From Lama guanicoe (Eukaryota): a DNA stretch of 64,000 nucleotides. Positions 38,211 to 52,119 of the stretch are shown in pieces. The notes beneath the pieces are model-generated. The model did no database searches, was not told the DNA's origin, and was given only the letters and a program-made list of their open reading frames with translations. Location of the stretch: the NCBI GenBank assembly GCA_013239625.1, contig MU053881.1, positions 10,282,873 through 10,346,872 on the forward strand, in the 5' to 3' direction. Every line of letters begins with the position of its first letter. The stretch's first letter is position 1. Position numbers and translations under genes: made by a program.

Positions 38211-40005
38211 GTCTAGACTCAAGAAAGGAATGCAGAGAATGTTATTAAGGCAGACAAATTTCAAAATGTGTCACATTTGTAGCTGTTATATTGCTAACAA
38301 CACAAAAAAGTGAGGACATATTCTTTGAGTATTTGGAGGTTATCATTCAATTCGACAAAGAAATTACCCAAGTCACTGATGGAATTTGAGTGAAGCTCCA
38401 ATAGATGTGTCTTTTGTTTTCCTCCCTAGTGTAAATTAGAATAAAAACCAGTATTCATGTCAGAATTACGACATAAATCAACCCACTGCAACCACAAGTT
38501 GGCTACAGATATCAATTTGGCAAAAATTAAGGGAAAAAACAAAGAAAAATTCCTCAAAAATCAGTTGGCCATGTGGAATCTACAACCAGGAGTATTGCAT
38601 ATTTCTTTCTCTTTTTTTTGATAAATCATGTCCTACACATGATAAAACGTGTAATAAACTTACGTATGCATACATGTGCACATTTGTTTTTCCTAGAGAG
38701 CCGACTGTTAAACTTTTGCCAGGGCACCACCATGCAAACCCCTGAGGATTGCAATATTCCTGCAAAGGGCAGTTCATGTATCAGACATGTAAAGTCTGAT
38801 AGGATGCTGCTGTAAATCCAAAATATCAAATGAGAGTGGAAGAGCAAAAAAATGTTTACCCCTGCCTAAGACTGACCAGAACTGAAACCCTCCAAAATAC
38901 TGCCACTGACATGGATGCATCTGATTAGGAAACCAGAATCCAAGAGAAGGCCTTGCTTTGATAATTAAGTTAGACTTCCCTCAGGCTGTAATCTCCACAA
39001 ATATACGTAAAGCAGCACCTCCCCAAGAGAAGTGACTGCAGGTGCCATGACCACCTGAGTCATACAGAAACGTGTGACACCTTTGGGACAGTATGGCCTG
39101 GACCTCTTTTTTAGGGCCAGCCCGCCCTTGAACCTGGGTCCCGTTCCTTACATGCTTTTCACTGGGTATTGATTCATTCGTTTATTTAGCCTAAGTTTCA
39201 TCCCTTCTCCACGAAAAGAAAGATTATCAACATACCTCTGCACTATAAATGTTAGGAGAATTTTTAAAAAGTAAAACACAGAAAGATTTTTTTTTTACAT
39301 GCTAAGCACCAAATAAATGTACGTTATAGCCATCCCTCCCACTAATTCTGCTTTTAATAACATAATTATTCATTTTCCGAGTAGACCTCGATTTTCTGAG
39401 AATCCAGGAAACCTATGTTAGGCTCCATAGCTGGATATAAATGATATCTGTAAAACAAAATGTAAATAATTTAATTTCTGTTCATTTTTCCTGCATGAGT
39501 AACAGGACTGGCCCTTGTGGTACCACACCATACAGTACCTCCTGGCAGAAAACGTTCTGGTCTCACATAACTGAGTCCACGCATGCAGGCACCCACTCTC
39601 TCTAACGTCAGGAGATGGAAATGCATGTTGAATTCCATCTAATGCCGATCACTGCACGTAAAATCAAGCCATCAACTAAGGAGTGGTTGTGGCATGATCA
39701 TTTTTACATTGTGTGACAAGTTCCTGTTGTACTGTCAACAGACATAAACTTTAATCTCCACAAAGAGAGTTTCTGTAAACTGTATGTCACACTAATGCTT
39801 TTATTTTGCATGCCACTTTTCCCCAGAGAAATTCCTTTTACTGTGATTTCTCTACCCCAATTGTAATTCGTTTCTGACTGACAGGCTGACAAAACTATTC
39901 AATTTCTTTATATTACTGTGCAGCCATTGATTATTTCAACATATTTCTGCTCTCTCTTTTGCCTTTTTGAAATAAATGCTGTTCCTACTGTCTGCCCAGA
40001 TGGCT

Positions 40006-40009
<4 letters not shown>

Positions 40010-40042
<33 letters not shown>
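40010..40042. repeat. (AT)n microsatellite
   Basis: Seen directly in the sequence. Confidence 0.97.
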
Positions 40043-40044
<2 letters not shown>

Positions 40045-43000
40045 TTCAAGGGGAAAGTACATGTCCCCTGTATTAGGCTTGCCATGTCTAATTTGAAATT
40101 TCGTATCTTGACTTTGGACAGCAGACTGAAATCATTTCCTCATCGCCAAAAATGTCCCTTAGAATTTAAAAATCTATCAGCGTCAATATAGAGTGGTTTG
40201 AAAGACTGATATGGCCTCTTAATAAAGAGCAAAATACTGAGATACCAATGGAATCTTAAATTCAATTTTATGTCAAATTAGACCAATCCCAAAATGGGAA
40301 TTAGGGGTGGATATTTTGCTACATGGTTGGATAGCCTGTTACCTGTGCTGTTGCCTTTCTCCAAATATTTTTTTCCCTTGTAAAGACGTTCCACACCCTG
40401 TCCCTTAAGGCCACATTATAGTTCCCTAGTCATCTTGACTTCTGATTAATTTATGAGCATCTACATCACCTGCCTCCCAGCAGAGAGTCTTATTCTAACC
40501 CATCAATGCTTAGTCTCCCTTCTTGCTTAAATGAGATCACAAAGACGAGGGAGACATGGATACATTCAGAACCGCTTTCTATTTGGAACAATGGATCTAC
40601 GCCTTTCTCATCACCCTTGAGGACAAGGACCTTGCTCACCTAAGCTTCTGCACAGTTCTAGGCATGTAATTGTTACTCAGCGTATGTTTTGGTGACAGAC
40701 AAAAGTAATGGAACCCCATGAAATGTTGATTTACACTCTCTTTTCTTCTGTTCTATCACAATAAATAAAATACTGTTCTTGAAAAGATCAACTTGGTTTC
40801 TATTTTACTGAAATCATCCTTCCTTGCCCTACATTTTCTTCTGGAATTGCTTCCTTTGCTGAAGTGTCACCCACTGTGGTCATAAACTTCAGTATATTTC
40901 ATCCATAAATGATCATTATTTTCTAAATTGAAAAAAAAATAAGAACTTTCATTCAGGACATTGCTTCATTAATGCATCAAAATATATCCCAGTTCAGTGT
41001 TTACAGAAAAAGATGAAGGTAAAAGAAATCTAAATCGCCTTTGTTTTACACACAGATTTAAGTCAAGTTTGATCAAACAAATTTCACCTTAAGTCTCACA
41101 AATTAATTTTTTCCATTGTCTGAATTTGGCTCTTTGTACTCTGATGCTTTAAAATGGATGATAATTTGTCATCTGCTGTGAACGTGCTGTCAACTAATGA
41201 GAAAAGCAATATGGCGCCTACTACATTCATCACTTTCGAGCCCTAGAAGATGGACATATTTTCATGAGTTCAAAAATAAAATGGTTTATTGATTCCAGCT
41301 ACCCAGAGATGTTTTTGATGGTCATGTCCTCACAGTTTGGTGGTAAACATTTTGCTCCTTTTCTACGCATTTAGAATCTTAGTTCTAATTGACAAAGTAT
41401 CGCAGGAAAGGCAACAGACTGCAATGGACAACTGTGCTGATGACCATTCTGTGGTTAAAGAAATGAAGTATTACTGCACTGAGCTATGCTTTCTGGCGTG
41501 ATCTTACTCGTACGTAGGCTTCAAACTGTCCTGCTGTCTTTCATTTTCCTTGAATGGCAAAAAAAGAAGAAAAATAAAAGCATCCTAGATTTAGTAGCCA
41601 TCTATTATTGCATTACTACGTTCTTTCTCTTTACTTTTCCTTCATTAATAAAACCTGAGATCAAGATTTGAATTTACATTAAAAAATCTGGCAACCCTAC
41701 TGATTTCAATCTTCTTTTTACTCACATTCCTTTAGGCTTTTTTTTGTTTTTTTTAAATAGTCATTGAATCACTAGTTTATTTTTTGTTGTTGCTGTTTGC
41801 TTTGTTTTTTCTTTCAACGCTGACATCCCTTGAACAACCAACAACTTTTAGCTAAATTGGTAACTACTGTATAACAGGTATCGAACTTACTGTGGAGCCA
41901 AAAGTGTTGTGAATTATTTTCAAAATCAAGGTATAGGTGACCTTGTCATTCAGACTCTACAAGCATAAGGCAGCATCTTATTTGTTGCGTTGTTAATGTC
42001 CTGTAACTCTGCCGTAACTAATGGAGATGCTCTTCTCGGAAATTGAGTGAGAAGGCATTCCTGTAGAGCGTGCCATTTCCAGACAATGTTCTCTTAATTT
42101 TTTAATGCAACTATTATTGTGATTTATAAGTGCATTGAAGGTACTCTGTAATCTTTTTCAGGATATGTTCATTGTTATTAGTGAAGTCCTCAACTCCTTG
42201 GGAGGGATGTTTCATAAACCTATTTTATAAATATAACACTTTCCTGAAAAAGGATGCAAACTTTACTTTTTTTATAGATCAGATTAACAAGGACACCTGC
42301 AAATTGTGAAGAGCCTTAGAAATCTAAATAACTAATTCAATGAGATGTTGAATTTGAGGGTAACCTCTGAACACCTGATCTAGGAAGAAATGCAGGCAAC
42401 CTATTATTTTCTACGTCAACATTCTAAACTGTTTTCTATATTAGAGTATGCGTAAGTTAATATCTATGATGTGATTTAAAGACATTGGGAATAACTTAAA
42501 CTTCTTTCTTTTATAATCATAATTTGATTACAGTTTCTGCTAATTAATGAATTCTGTGCAGAGCATTTCAAAATGTGTTTGCTATAACTATTACACTGGC
42601 TTGAATTAACAATGACTAGTAGCTACTGAGAGAAAGCAGAAATATTTTATTAATAGAAATACTGTGCTTAAGACACATTGGAGCTCCAGCATTATACAGT
42701 ATGTTAAAGAGAGAATTCAAGAGAAGGAAAGTCTCTTGTGGACTATGTCAGTAGGGTCTACTGCCTGAGAAACAGAAAGGAGACTGCCATAAACACATTT
42801 TGGTCTTGTAGTGTGAATCTTGCCCACAGTGAAAGAGCAGGGCTGCAGCATACAAATTGTATATGCCTCTTCATAGTATATTAACACAATAATAGCAAGA
42901 CAGAATTTCAATAAATTCTTCACCTTACTCTTTTCCAAAGTTCTCAAAAGCAGGATTCAGTTATAGGGAAGCTTTGGACATTATTTCCAATTTATCCAAA

Positions 43001-45213
43001 AGGTTAAGGAGGAAAGAAAAAATCTACTGCTAAGAAGTACATTTAGCAAAATTAAGCATTAGTTTGAAGTTAAATGTTTACTTCCTTGCCTTTTAAATGT
43101 ATTTGATACTGGAGGTAAAACTTAAAAAAAAAGCTTGACTAGAAATTAAGAGTCTGTTAATGCTTACCACTATTTATTCAATATATACAAAACAAATTCA
43201 AGAATAATGTGGAAGCTACCAATGGTGGGAAGACATCTACTGAATGACTTCTAGAACAATACAAAGAAAATGTAAAGAGATCAAACCAAACACTTGCTAA
43301 TGGGCACAGAATTATTGGAATTTTGGACCAACACAATTATATATTTTAAAATCAAGCACATGAGAATTATCCCTATGATAATAGAAATTTAAAAAGAAAG
43401 GCCAATGAATCCAGGTAACCCAATCAAACTATCACACCGATTATTATGGAGCCTCTCAGACACCAGTTTACGTATGTTCTGTCGCAACAAAGCAAGTCCA
43501 TGGCAAAACAAACAAACAAACAAACAAACAAGTTATTGCAAGGTGTTTCATGCTAGAAGCAATAGTAGCCATTTTTATACTCGGAAACAATCCCTAATTT
43601 TACCAGAAATCAACAATGTACTCATCCCAGCTAGCGGTAAAACTACAGCCTACTCCTTGTGCCTGCATCCTAACAAAAAGCCATTTTGGCAAAGTAAGAA
43701 TGTCCACAGGAGATGAAAAATTACCTTAGGATGAAAGAAGAGAAGAAATACGAGTACAGATCAGCAAATTTTATTTTGTTTTGTTTCTAAATAGACTAAG
43801 CATTAATCATGGATTCTAAAAGAAAAGAAGAAGGAAAGTAGGAAGAAAGGGAGAGAGGAAAGAAAAGATCAGATCAACATGACCTGTAACACACACCGCA
43901 ACATCCCAAGGCTTTGCCGTCCTCTCAAATTTGCTACGAGACTTGTAGTTTAAAGAACGTGCCCTTATCTTCAGTTGCTGAGCTGGGAGGCACGTAAGAA
44001 TTAACTATTATTTATACTAACGAGACATTTTATAACACTGGTATTAAATTCAGAAGTTGGATTAAACCACCAGGAAATGCATATGCCAATAAAATATTAA
44101 TTACCTGTCTTTAGACAGTAGGATGTGAACTTTGGGGCTTAACACATTACTTTTCAACTATAAAAATATCCTTTAAAAACACTCTACCTCTCATTTCTAG
44201 CCTCTAGTATTTCGAAAGTGAGATTGTAGAGGTTCTTAGTGTTCACTCCAGGTTAATTATGTGTGGTGGCCATGCCTCATGCTGGCATTCCATGCTACGT
44301 AATTTATAATATACTAACTTAATTTATAAACTGGCTAGATTGTTTCGTTGTGTAAGGAGACTCAAATGGAACATATTTAATTATTTGAGCTCCCAGAAGA
44401 ACACTATGCAGAATGAAATGGGCTTAAATTGGCATTCCTTACAACATGCTAGGTTTCAGAAAGACACAGCCCAGTGGCTTTTAGCTAGATCAGACAAATG
44501 ATCTTGCCAAAAGCCAACAGTATAAAACTCCTGGGCTATACGTGGATGTCATCAGACAAAGGGGCTGCCTCCATTGCTGGTAAAAATGAACGTTTTTAGA
44601 GATATGAGGTGAAGGAATCCCAATCACTGCTGCAAAAACAGAACTGAAAATTCTTCAAAATATCCCAAGTAAGGCACTTTGGTCTAGCATCCATTTTGTA
44701 AGTTCTCAGGCTTTAAACTCTCTCCTCCATAACATTCCTTTAGGAAGCTGGTCTTCTTCAGACGTCCCATGATTTTCCTCTCAACAAACATCACAGGGAG
44801 AAGAGATAGACAAGACGTGGTTCCCTGCATGCCCTGCCTGATTTAGTGCAGAAATTGAGGTTTTTCCCTCTGTGGGTCCCTTTAGCAGGGATTCAAACAT
44901 TTTCTTCCAATTTCACCACACATGACTGTGGCTACTGACATCCATAAACCACACGTATAAGGAAAGGTAAGCTATGACTCTGTGCTTTATAAGGGAAGGA
45001 GAAAAAAGTCCATGTATCATCTTAAAAGCTGCTTCCAGCATTCATTATTGAATGAGCTCATTTTGCTTGAGGAAAACAAATCAACACACACAATGACACC
45101 AAATACAACAAACTTGGTAACTATCTGGAAATAGAAGGTAAAACCCTGAGGGCTCCAGGGCTAATGGCAAGAAGAAGGAAGAGCTGCTGTATATGGGTAA
45201 AGGGCCCAAAGAG

Positions 45214-45215
<2 letters not shown>

Positions 45216-45252
<37 letters not shown>

Positions 45253-45266
45253 CGCGCATGCACATG
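45216..45266. repeat. (GT)14(GC)7 compound microsatellite
   Basis: 51 nt of unbroken purine-pyrimidine alternation. Confidence 0.95.
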
Positions 45267-47924
45267 AGTGTTCTTTGAAACAGCAAAAGGCAGAAGAGAG
45301 AACAAAATGGAGGAAGGGAGGAACAGAGAGAGAAGGCAAGAGAGAATGCAAAACCCTACAGCAAGGGTTCCCAGGGGACCCCCACTTAGGGCATCAAGAA
45401 AGCTTTTGGAGAACTTGAAAGTCTCATACAAAAACTCAAGTTTTGTTATGATACTTCTCCGTTATTAGCAACTCTGCTGTGAAGATGACTATGCCTGTAG
45501 GAGTGACCTGACTTACAGATATTCGTAGAAAAGAGGAGTTTCATGTCTTCATTGACAAGGCAAAGAACAGAGACTACACAGAGATACAAAGTAAAAATCT
45601 TGATCCCCTTAGGGATTTGCAGAAATCTCCTTGAGAACCTTGGTCTTTCACAGAATGTGGAATTGCAGTTGGGATCATACCAGTTTTCCTTGGAATGCGA
45701 GGGACAGCTTACATCTGAAAAAGTTCAAACTGCTGTCTGAACTCTGGGCACGATTCTTTACCGCAAGGGCTCAGGTAAAGTCAGTGAGCAAAACGATGTA
45801 GGCAGGAGACACTAGCGGGTGTTGGGGACTGTGGGAACCCAGAGTCTCCAGCCATCTCCAAATGGGTATAATGTTCCTTAGTTTCACAATATTTGGGCCA
45901 TTTTAGAAAGTGTACTCAGGGTTGCTAGAGTAACTTTTTCTTTCCATGAGGAGATCCAAATTAAATATTTAGGCAAAATATCTCCATTAAAAAAAGTATC
46001 TGTGATATGGAGGCTACCTGTTGGCAAGCCCTAACGTACACAGCTGAAATTTCATTTCCTTACAAAACTAATTAAAATGGTACCTGTTTGTTCTTTTTCA
46101 GCTTATAAAAAACACAAATCCAAAATATTCAGTTCCCCACTCCCTAATGAATGACTCACATTTAATAGTCCAAGACTGAGTTCCAGATATCACATCCACA
46201 TTTCAGGAGGCAGTATGAAGGAACTTGACAATGTCAGGGAGGTACTCTTTCCATCGTAGATAGAAACTTTCTTCTCCCCCAAGGACAAAGGCATGAAGCA
46301 GCCGTCTCTTAGGGAAGGTTCCTATTCGCTGTCATCTGAGATTCCAAATATGCACCACTAGCCTAGATTCAGTCATGTGGTCATACTTACTATGAAGGAG
46401 CTTTGGAGAGATTAGTCCTTTTCTGATTGCTCACTTGCCCATATGAAATATTTATTATTATGGAAGAAGAATGTATTATAATTTGGGACTACCCAGGACA
46501 AATGGAGTTCTCTGTACAAAAGGCGACTTTAACATTGACCCTTTCCATCTTTCTCACATCCATTAAAAATTCTCACTGCCATGAAAAGAATCCACTTAGA
46601 CAAACTGTTGTTAATTTCACTCATTCTCAATTAATGTGTTGGTGACGTGCCACAGAATAAAGTTTGAAACCATTTTTTTAAACATATGGAGAAATTTCAA
46701 AAATTGCAACATTAATGTTTGATTAAAAAATATTTTTAAAATAGAGAAAAGGAAAATAATCAATGGTACAGATACCCAAGTGCCCACCAGCTAGATTTAA
46801 CTGATATTAATGTGTTCCCATATAAGTTCTCTTTCCTGAAACACGTTTTTAGGGGAAATCCCAATATGGAAAAGCCTGTGTAGAACTGACTATTTTCAAG
46901 ATGAAGGGTAAGCTCAGAATCCCACCCTTTTCCCTGTGCAACTCCCTTGACCCCCAAATCTCCAGGGTTCTTACTGAGTGCTCAACTAGCACGATTCAAT
47001 AAGACACTGACAATGAAAAACAAATGCGTACTATTTCTGAGTTGACTAGAATTAAGACGTCTGATACACAACCATACTTTTTCTTCCCTTCTCCTTCCCT
47101 CCCCTCCTATTCCTTCATTTATTCCTCCTCTCATTCCTTTTAAAAGAGATCTTGGTTTCATTATTTATTACACACGGAAACATTGGTTGTTCTGACTTTC
47201 TTATTCGCTTACATTTAGAGCAACTTGAAATTTCTGAAACATCTTTGGCCTATATTCGCTCTGTTTGGAGGGGATTCTGAATGTCTATCTGTTACGCACT
47301 CTAAAGTGAAATATACTACATACGTCGTCTGTAAGTACACTATGGTTTTTGATTTTACACAACTGATTACAATATCACAAGCATTTTATCCTTTCATAAA
47401 GTCAAATGCATGTCAATTTCAAAGCAAAGCAAAAAAAAAAAATCTAAGTGATGCTAAAATATAAAAACACAATTACATTATAATCCACTCTGGTCTCTGA
47501 CCTTTTGCATCTGAACTTGAATATGAGTCACCTTCAGATGCCTTGCTAGATACACACTGAGGTTTTAACCACTACCTTTGCCACACCACGTTAAAAGGAA
47601 ATAAAACAAAACTACATAGAAAGATGAGACTCACGATTCTACACCAGGAATGCATCCACAGTTTTTCTTGCCACTTTGGCCTTGATCCACTTAACAATAT
47701 GGAACAGCAGGGTGGCTGGCAGCGGAAAAACTAGGGTCTCAACATGTCAGGGACAAGTGGCGTATTTCTGCATAGCACGGCTATAGCAAGCGTTTTATTT
47801 TCCCCTGAAAGACTCAATTTGTCTAATTTTATCGGAGACACGAGCCCCGGAGAGTTCCTGAATGAGTTTACCACAATGTATTCTGCACACTTCAAAAATA
47901 AGAAATAAATATGACATGACTTAC

Positions 47925-47970
47925 CCTGACCTCCCTTCCAGTAATTCCTGCCTTCATTCACTCCTCGTTT
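47925..47970 (-). other. Candidate 46-nt exon of an unidentified transcript
   Basis: Minus strand shows a CTAAC branch point, gcttcttgctttttctttctttAG| acceptor and CAGG|GTAAGT donor. No homology recognised. Confidence 0.3.
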
Positions 47971-48129
47971 CTAAAGAAAGAAAAAGCAAGAAGCACTCAT
48001 TGTTAGTATAGCTACCAGTTATATGATTTAATCCAGAATATAATTCTGCAAAAATTAACTGCTGAATGGCAGCTCTGCTTTTTTTTTTTTCAATCTTTGA
48101 CAAGTTGCTGAAATTAGTTCCTTGAAAAC

Positions 48130-48280
48130 CACTCATTGATGTATGATTGGCATACAAAAAGCTGTACATACTGAATGGGGGTACACAACTTGATGAGTTT
48201 GGAAATAAGGATGCACCCATGAAACCATCACCCCAATCTACGCCGTAAGTATATCTGTCACTTTCAGAAGTTTCCTCAGA
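48130..48280 (-). mobile_element. L1MA-type 3' end fragment
   Basis: ttggcatacaaaaagctgtacata...acaacttgatgagtttgga...cccatgaaaccatcacc; similar to 33250-33380. Confidence 0.85.
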
Positions 48281-51200
48281 AAACTGATTTCATGTTTGCT
48301 GTCACTACCATCCACTTTACCTGTTATAGACCAAAGAAGGTCAGCACACATCCATTCCAGAAACCAGACTGCTCCCGTTTTCTTCAGAATTCAGCTCTCT
48401 TTAGATTTTGAGTCAAATGCAACTTTTTGATCTATATTTCAGTTTGGAATTTTTTTTTTAATCTTTACATTGGAAAGAGAATACATCAACAAATCTTCCC
48501 TTCTCTGTTATTTACTTAGGTCAACGGCTCTCTTCCATTTACTCATATTTTGCTAATTATTGCTTATCTCTTTAATTGTTGCATCTCTAAATGTGTCTAT
48601 ATTAATGTAGAAGAACCATTCAGGAAGCCAAATTCAATGCATACTAAGAAAAATGGAATACCAGGGATTTCAAAAAGGAGCCTATATTTTTCTCTTTCAA
48701 AGATACAGAAGAGGAGGGGGGTGCCAAGGAGAAATAGCTGAGTAGATATTCAGATCATACAGTGTTAATTTGAAGAATTTAACCATGTATACCTAATCAA
48801 TGGATTCTATTCATTTGAAATGCTTTCAAAAATAATTAATCAGACAAAAATCGCTTGATACCTAGTGAAGTTGATAATAATCATGAGAAATAAGTAAAGA
48901 TCAAGGTTCGTTAAAACCTAGAGAGTCACCTCATTTTTCTAATTGCAATTTTATCTAAGTCAAAGTTGAGCTCCGCATGGGGCCCCACTGCTATTAAAAC
49001 TACAAGTCATGGCGGGGAAAAGACACTCTAACTCCTTAGCCATTGGGCAAAACTGACAATAAAATAGCAGTAAAATAAGCAGCTGGCACAGCCGCTTCCT
49101 TCTATCATAAGCTGACAGGGCAACATAATGAAAGCTGCATCAGAAACTATACTTAAGATGAAAATGTATTTACATAAAATACTTGATTCTGAGGCAATTA
49201 GGGCTTCATTTATAGCAGCTTGTTACCAGAGTGGTACCAACAGTCCTTCATAATTAAAGGTGCCATTCCATCCCCGGGCCCTTGGTGAGCAAAGTGAGAA
49301 TTCACCTCCTGTTTCTTGGGAATCGCAGTGTTGTAATCATTTTGAAACAGAGGGCGATGCGCGTTGTCACCTCCCCACTCGGTAACACACAAGCAGCCTG
49401 TCCTGGAATCGGCTTCTGAGGACCCAACCGTCCCCGCCCTCCTTGGTAATGTGTGTCATTTTGTCACTTTCCTTCCTAATGCTGCTCACGGTTCTTCTAA
49501 GGTGTCGGGGCTCTGAACTTTTAGAAAGATGTGTTGTTTTACACTAAGGCCAGAAGCTCTATATACATCAAGGGGAAGGAAAAAAAAAACAACTTCAAGT
49601 GATGGGGGCTTCAAACGAATTTCTAATCTTTACAGTCCTTCAGTACTTATATTTTAAGAACGGAGGCATAATTTATTTCCGATGAAACCGAATTGCTCAG
49701 CTCTCTGCTAATAGGATCCTCAGGGCAAAAGGGGGTAGAGAGAGTGGCATCATAAAAAAAGCAGAAAGCTTCACAACTTTTTGAAATTTAAACTAGAAAC
49801 AATGAATTAATAATTATGTTTGCCATGATTATTGCACATTTATGATAAATTGTTCTCATTTAGTAAATGGGACCATGAACTTGAGTGCCCAAAGGGTTTA
49901 ATATACAGACCGCTTATACTGGCCTAAGAACCACTGGTGACCGTTCTTATCTTAGGAAGGAAGCCATCAAGCTATTTGCAGGCACCAGCACATAATGTGA
50001 TTCCGTTACCCCTAAGTCCTAACGCTGTTCTCTTCTCAGAGTCAATCTGATTGGCTGCCAAGTGTGTTTTCCCACCTGAAAGCAAATCACTGTGAAGACT
50101 TTTCTGTCGTGGCTACAGAATGGTCAATTTCCCACCTAGTGAAAACACTATTTTTGGAGCCCAGTCATGAAGATTTACTTTTTCATCAGACCACATAAGC
50201 AAAGGAATGCTTCAACATCTTGAACTGTCATTGTGGAAGGACGGAGCAGCATCCTACCAAAGGATCGTTAGTTACTAAAGCAAGGGAGGTCCATCTGCCT
50301 AATTACCCAGCGATGGAGATGGCCTCTGGTAGGCGCAATACTGAAACTGGGTTTGGTTCGTCCAAGTGTGCTGGCCCGTCATCTTCCCTTGAAAATAATG
50401 AAAGGAAAGAATAGAGGGCTGAAGTGGCTGACATGTAGCCAGGGCTCCAGGCAAGCATCGTGCTTCCTCCCGTGAAAAGTACCACCATTTATTATTGCTC
50501 ATTAAAATTTAATTTTATATGGCATCTTTAAAAGGTCATTTTTTAAATTGGAATTTTGTAAACAACAATACTGACTGGTTAACGACTGTGGGGAAAAAAA
50601 AACAAATCTTCGTAGATTTATTGTTTTAAGCGATTATTAAGGAGGAAAGCTTAAACAACAAAACAAACAAATGACTTCCCTCTTACAGAGCCAGAACGTT
50701 CTCCTTTCTAAGTAATTTAGTTTACATTATAATTTTCAGTTGGTTTTTGCAGTAGAAGCACCTTGGAAACCTAATTAGAACTGAATAATCATTAGCATAT
50801 AAAGGATTAAAACCCATAACTGAACTACGACAAATTTAAACCAAGACTAAGATGGTAACATAGAAATAGCACTAGAATGGAAAGTGGAATTTAACTATCT
50901 TTCCCTTTCATATACTGCAATTAAAATCTATTTTTCTCCTACTGAAACCTATTTTATTATAGACCATGATTTTTTAAACTTCTGATCTAAAGTGGTCTCA
51001 TATAGTTGTAAAGCTGTAATAAATGCTACTACTTATAATATCAAGATAAAATAAATCATTTATTCTCCAAAAGAAAAGAGGATATTTTTTAGTGAGTACC
51101 AGATTTCCAAGCACTGTATATACATTTTTTTTTACTTAACCCTGCAAGAACACATCAGAGTGGACTCTGAGCCCTTGGAATGAAGGAGACTGATGATTAA

Positions 51201-51344
51201 GGAGACAAGTGGCTTGCTAAAACCATGCGAGAAGACAGTGGTAGAATGCAAAATTTAGAATATTAATCCAGATCTCCCTGATTCCAGTGGATTTTTTACT
51301 ACCTAGGCTATCTTCCTAAAGAAAGTGTGTTTATCTGCATTAGT

Positions 51345-51565
51345 GCAGAGATCAGCAAACTTTTTCTGTAAAGAGAAAAAAAATGGTAACTATTTTCTGC
51401 TTTGTGAGGCATGCAATCTCTGCAGCAACTATTCAAAGTCACTGTTGCAGAATGAAGCAGCCTTAGACAAAATACAAAGAAATGAGCTATCTGTATTCCA
51501 ATAAAACTTTATTTACGAAAATGATCAGTGGGCCAGATTTGGTCAAAGGGCCATGGTTTGCCCTA
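51345..51565 (+). mobile_element. MER58A-like hAT-Charlie element
   Basis: cagagatcagcaaactttttctgtaaag...ttccaataaaactttatttac...gggccagatttgg...gtttgcc. Confidence 0.88.
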
Positions 51566-51669
51566 CACTAGAACGTAAGCTCTGTGGAGGTATTAACTTC
51601 ATTTTGTTGAACATTATATTTACTTAATACCTGAAAAAGTAATGCTTAATTAATGGTGATATTAAAAAT

Positions 51670-51860
51670 AAGACTAGTTAATACTTACATGGAGTTCATT
51701 ATGTGCTAGTCATTTTTGCATGTAATAATTTATTTACTTCTCATAATACTCCTATTAAGTTAGTTATGATTTTTACTCATCTTGAGAGATAAGGAAACTG
51801 AGGAATGAATAATTAATTTTTCAAGATAACGCGGCAAGTAAGAGGAGGATCCAAGATTTA
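51670..51860 (-). mobile_element. MIR relic
   Basis: tcataatactcctat...gataaggaaactgagg...tcaagataacgc. Confidence 0.7.
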
Positions 51861-52119
51861 GGCTCTAAAAGTACATAGTACACAGTAGAATCCTAATAAT
51901 TAATTAATTAAATGAATAAAAGAATGTGCAATGGAATCAATATAGAGAGTTAGACCTGGGTACTTTAAGACAGAATTATGTATCCTGGTAATCCAGGAGA
52001 TTTCTGTCTTCCAAACAGTCTAGGTTTACAAAGCTAAATTTAAAAGAGAGAAAGAGGGAGAAGCAAATGAAGTCAAGGCAATAACATGTAATAACATGTA
52101 TATAGAAGTAGAAATATGG

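Noticed and set aside
45081..45468. ORFs containing HTHT or CVCV runs
   Set aside because: They are translations of the microsatellite.
47740..47760. p53-like element caacatgtca-g-ggacaagtgg
   Set aside because: Several mismatches to RRRCWWGYYY in both half-sites.
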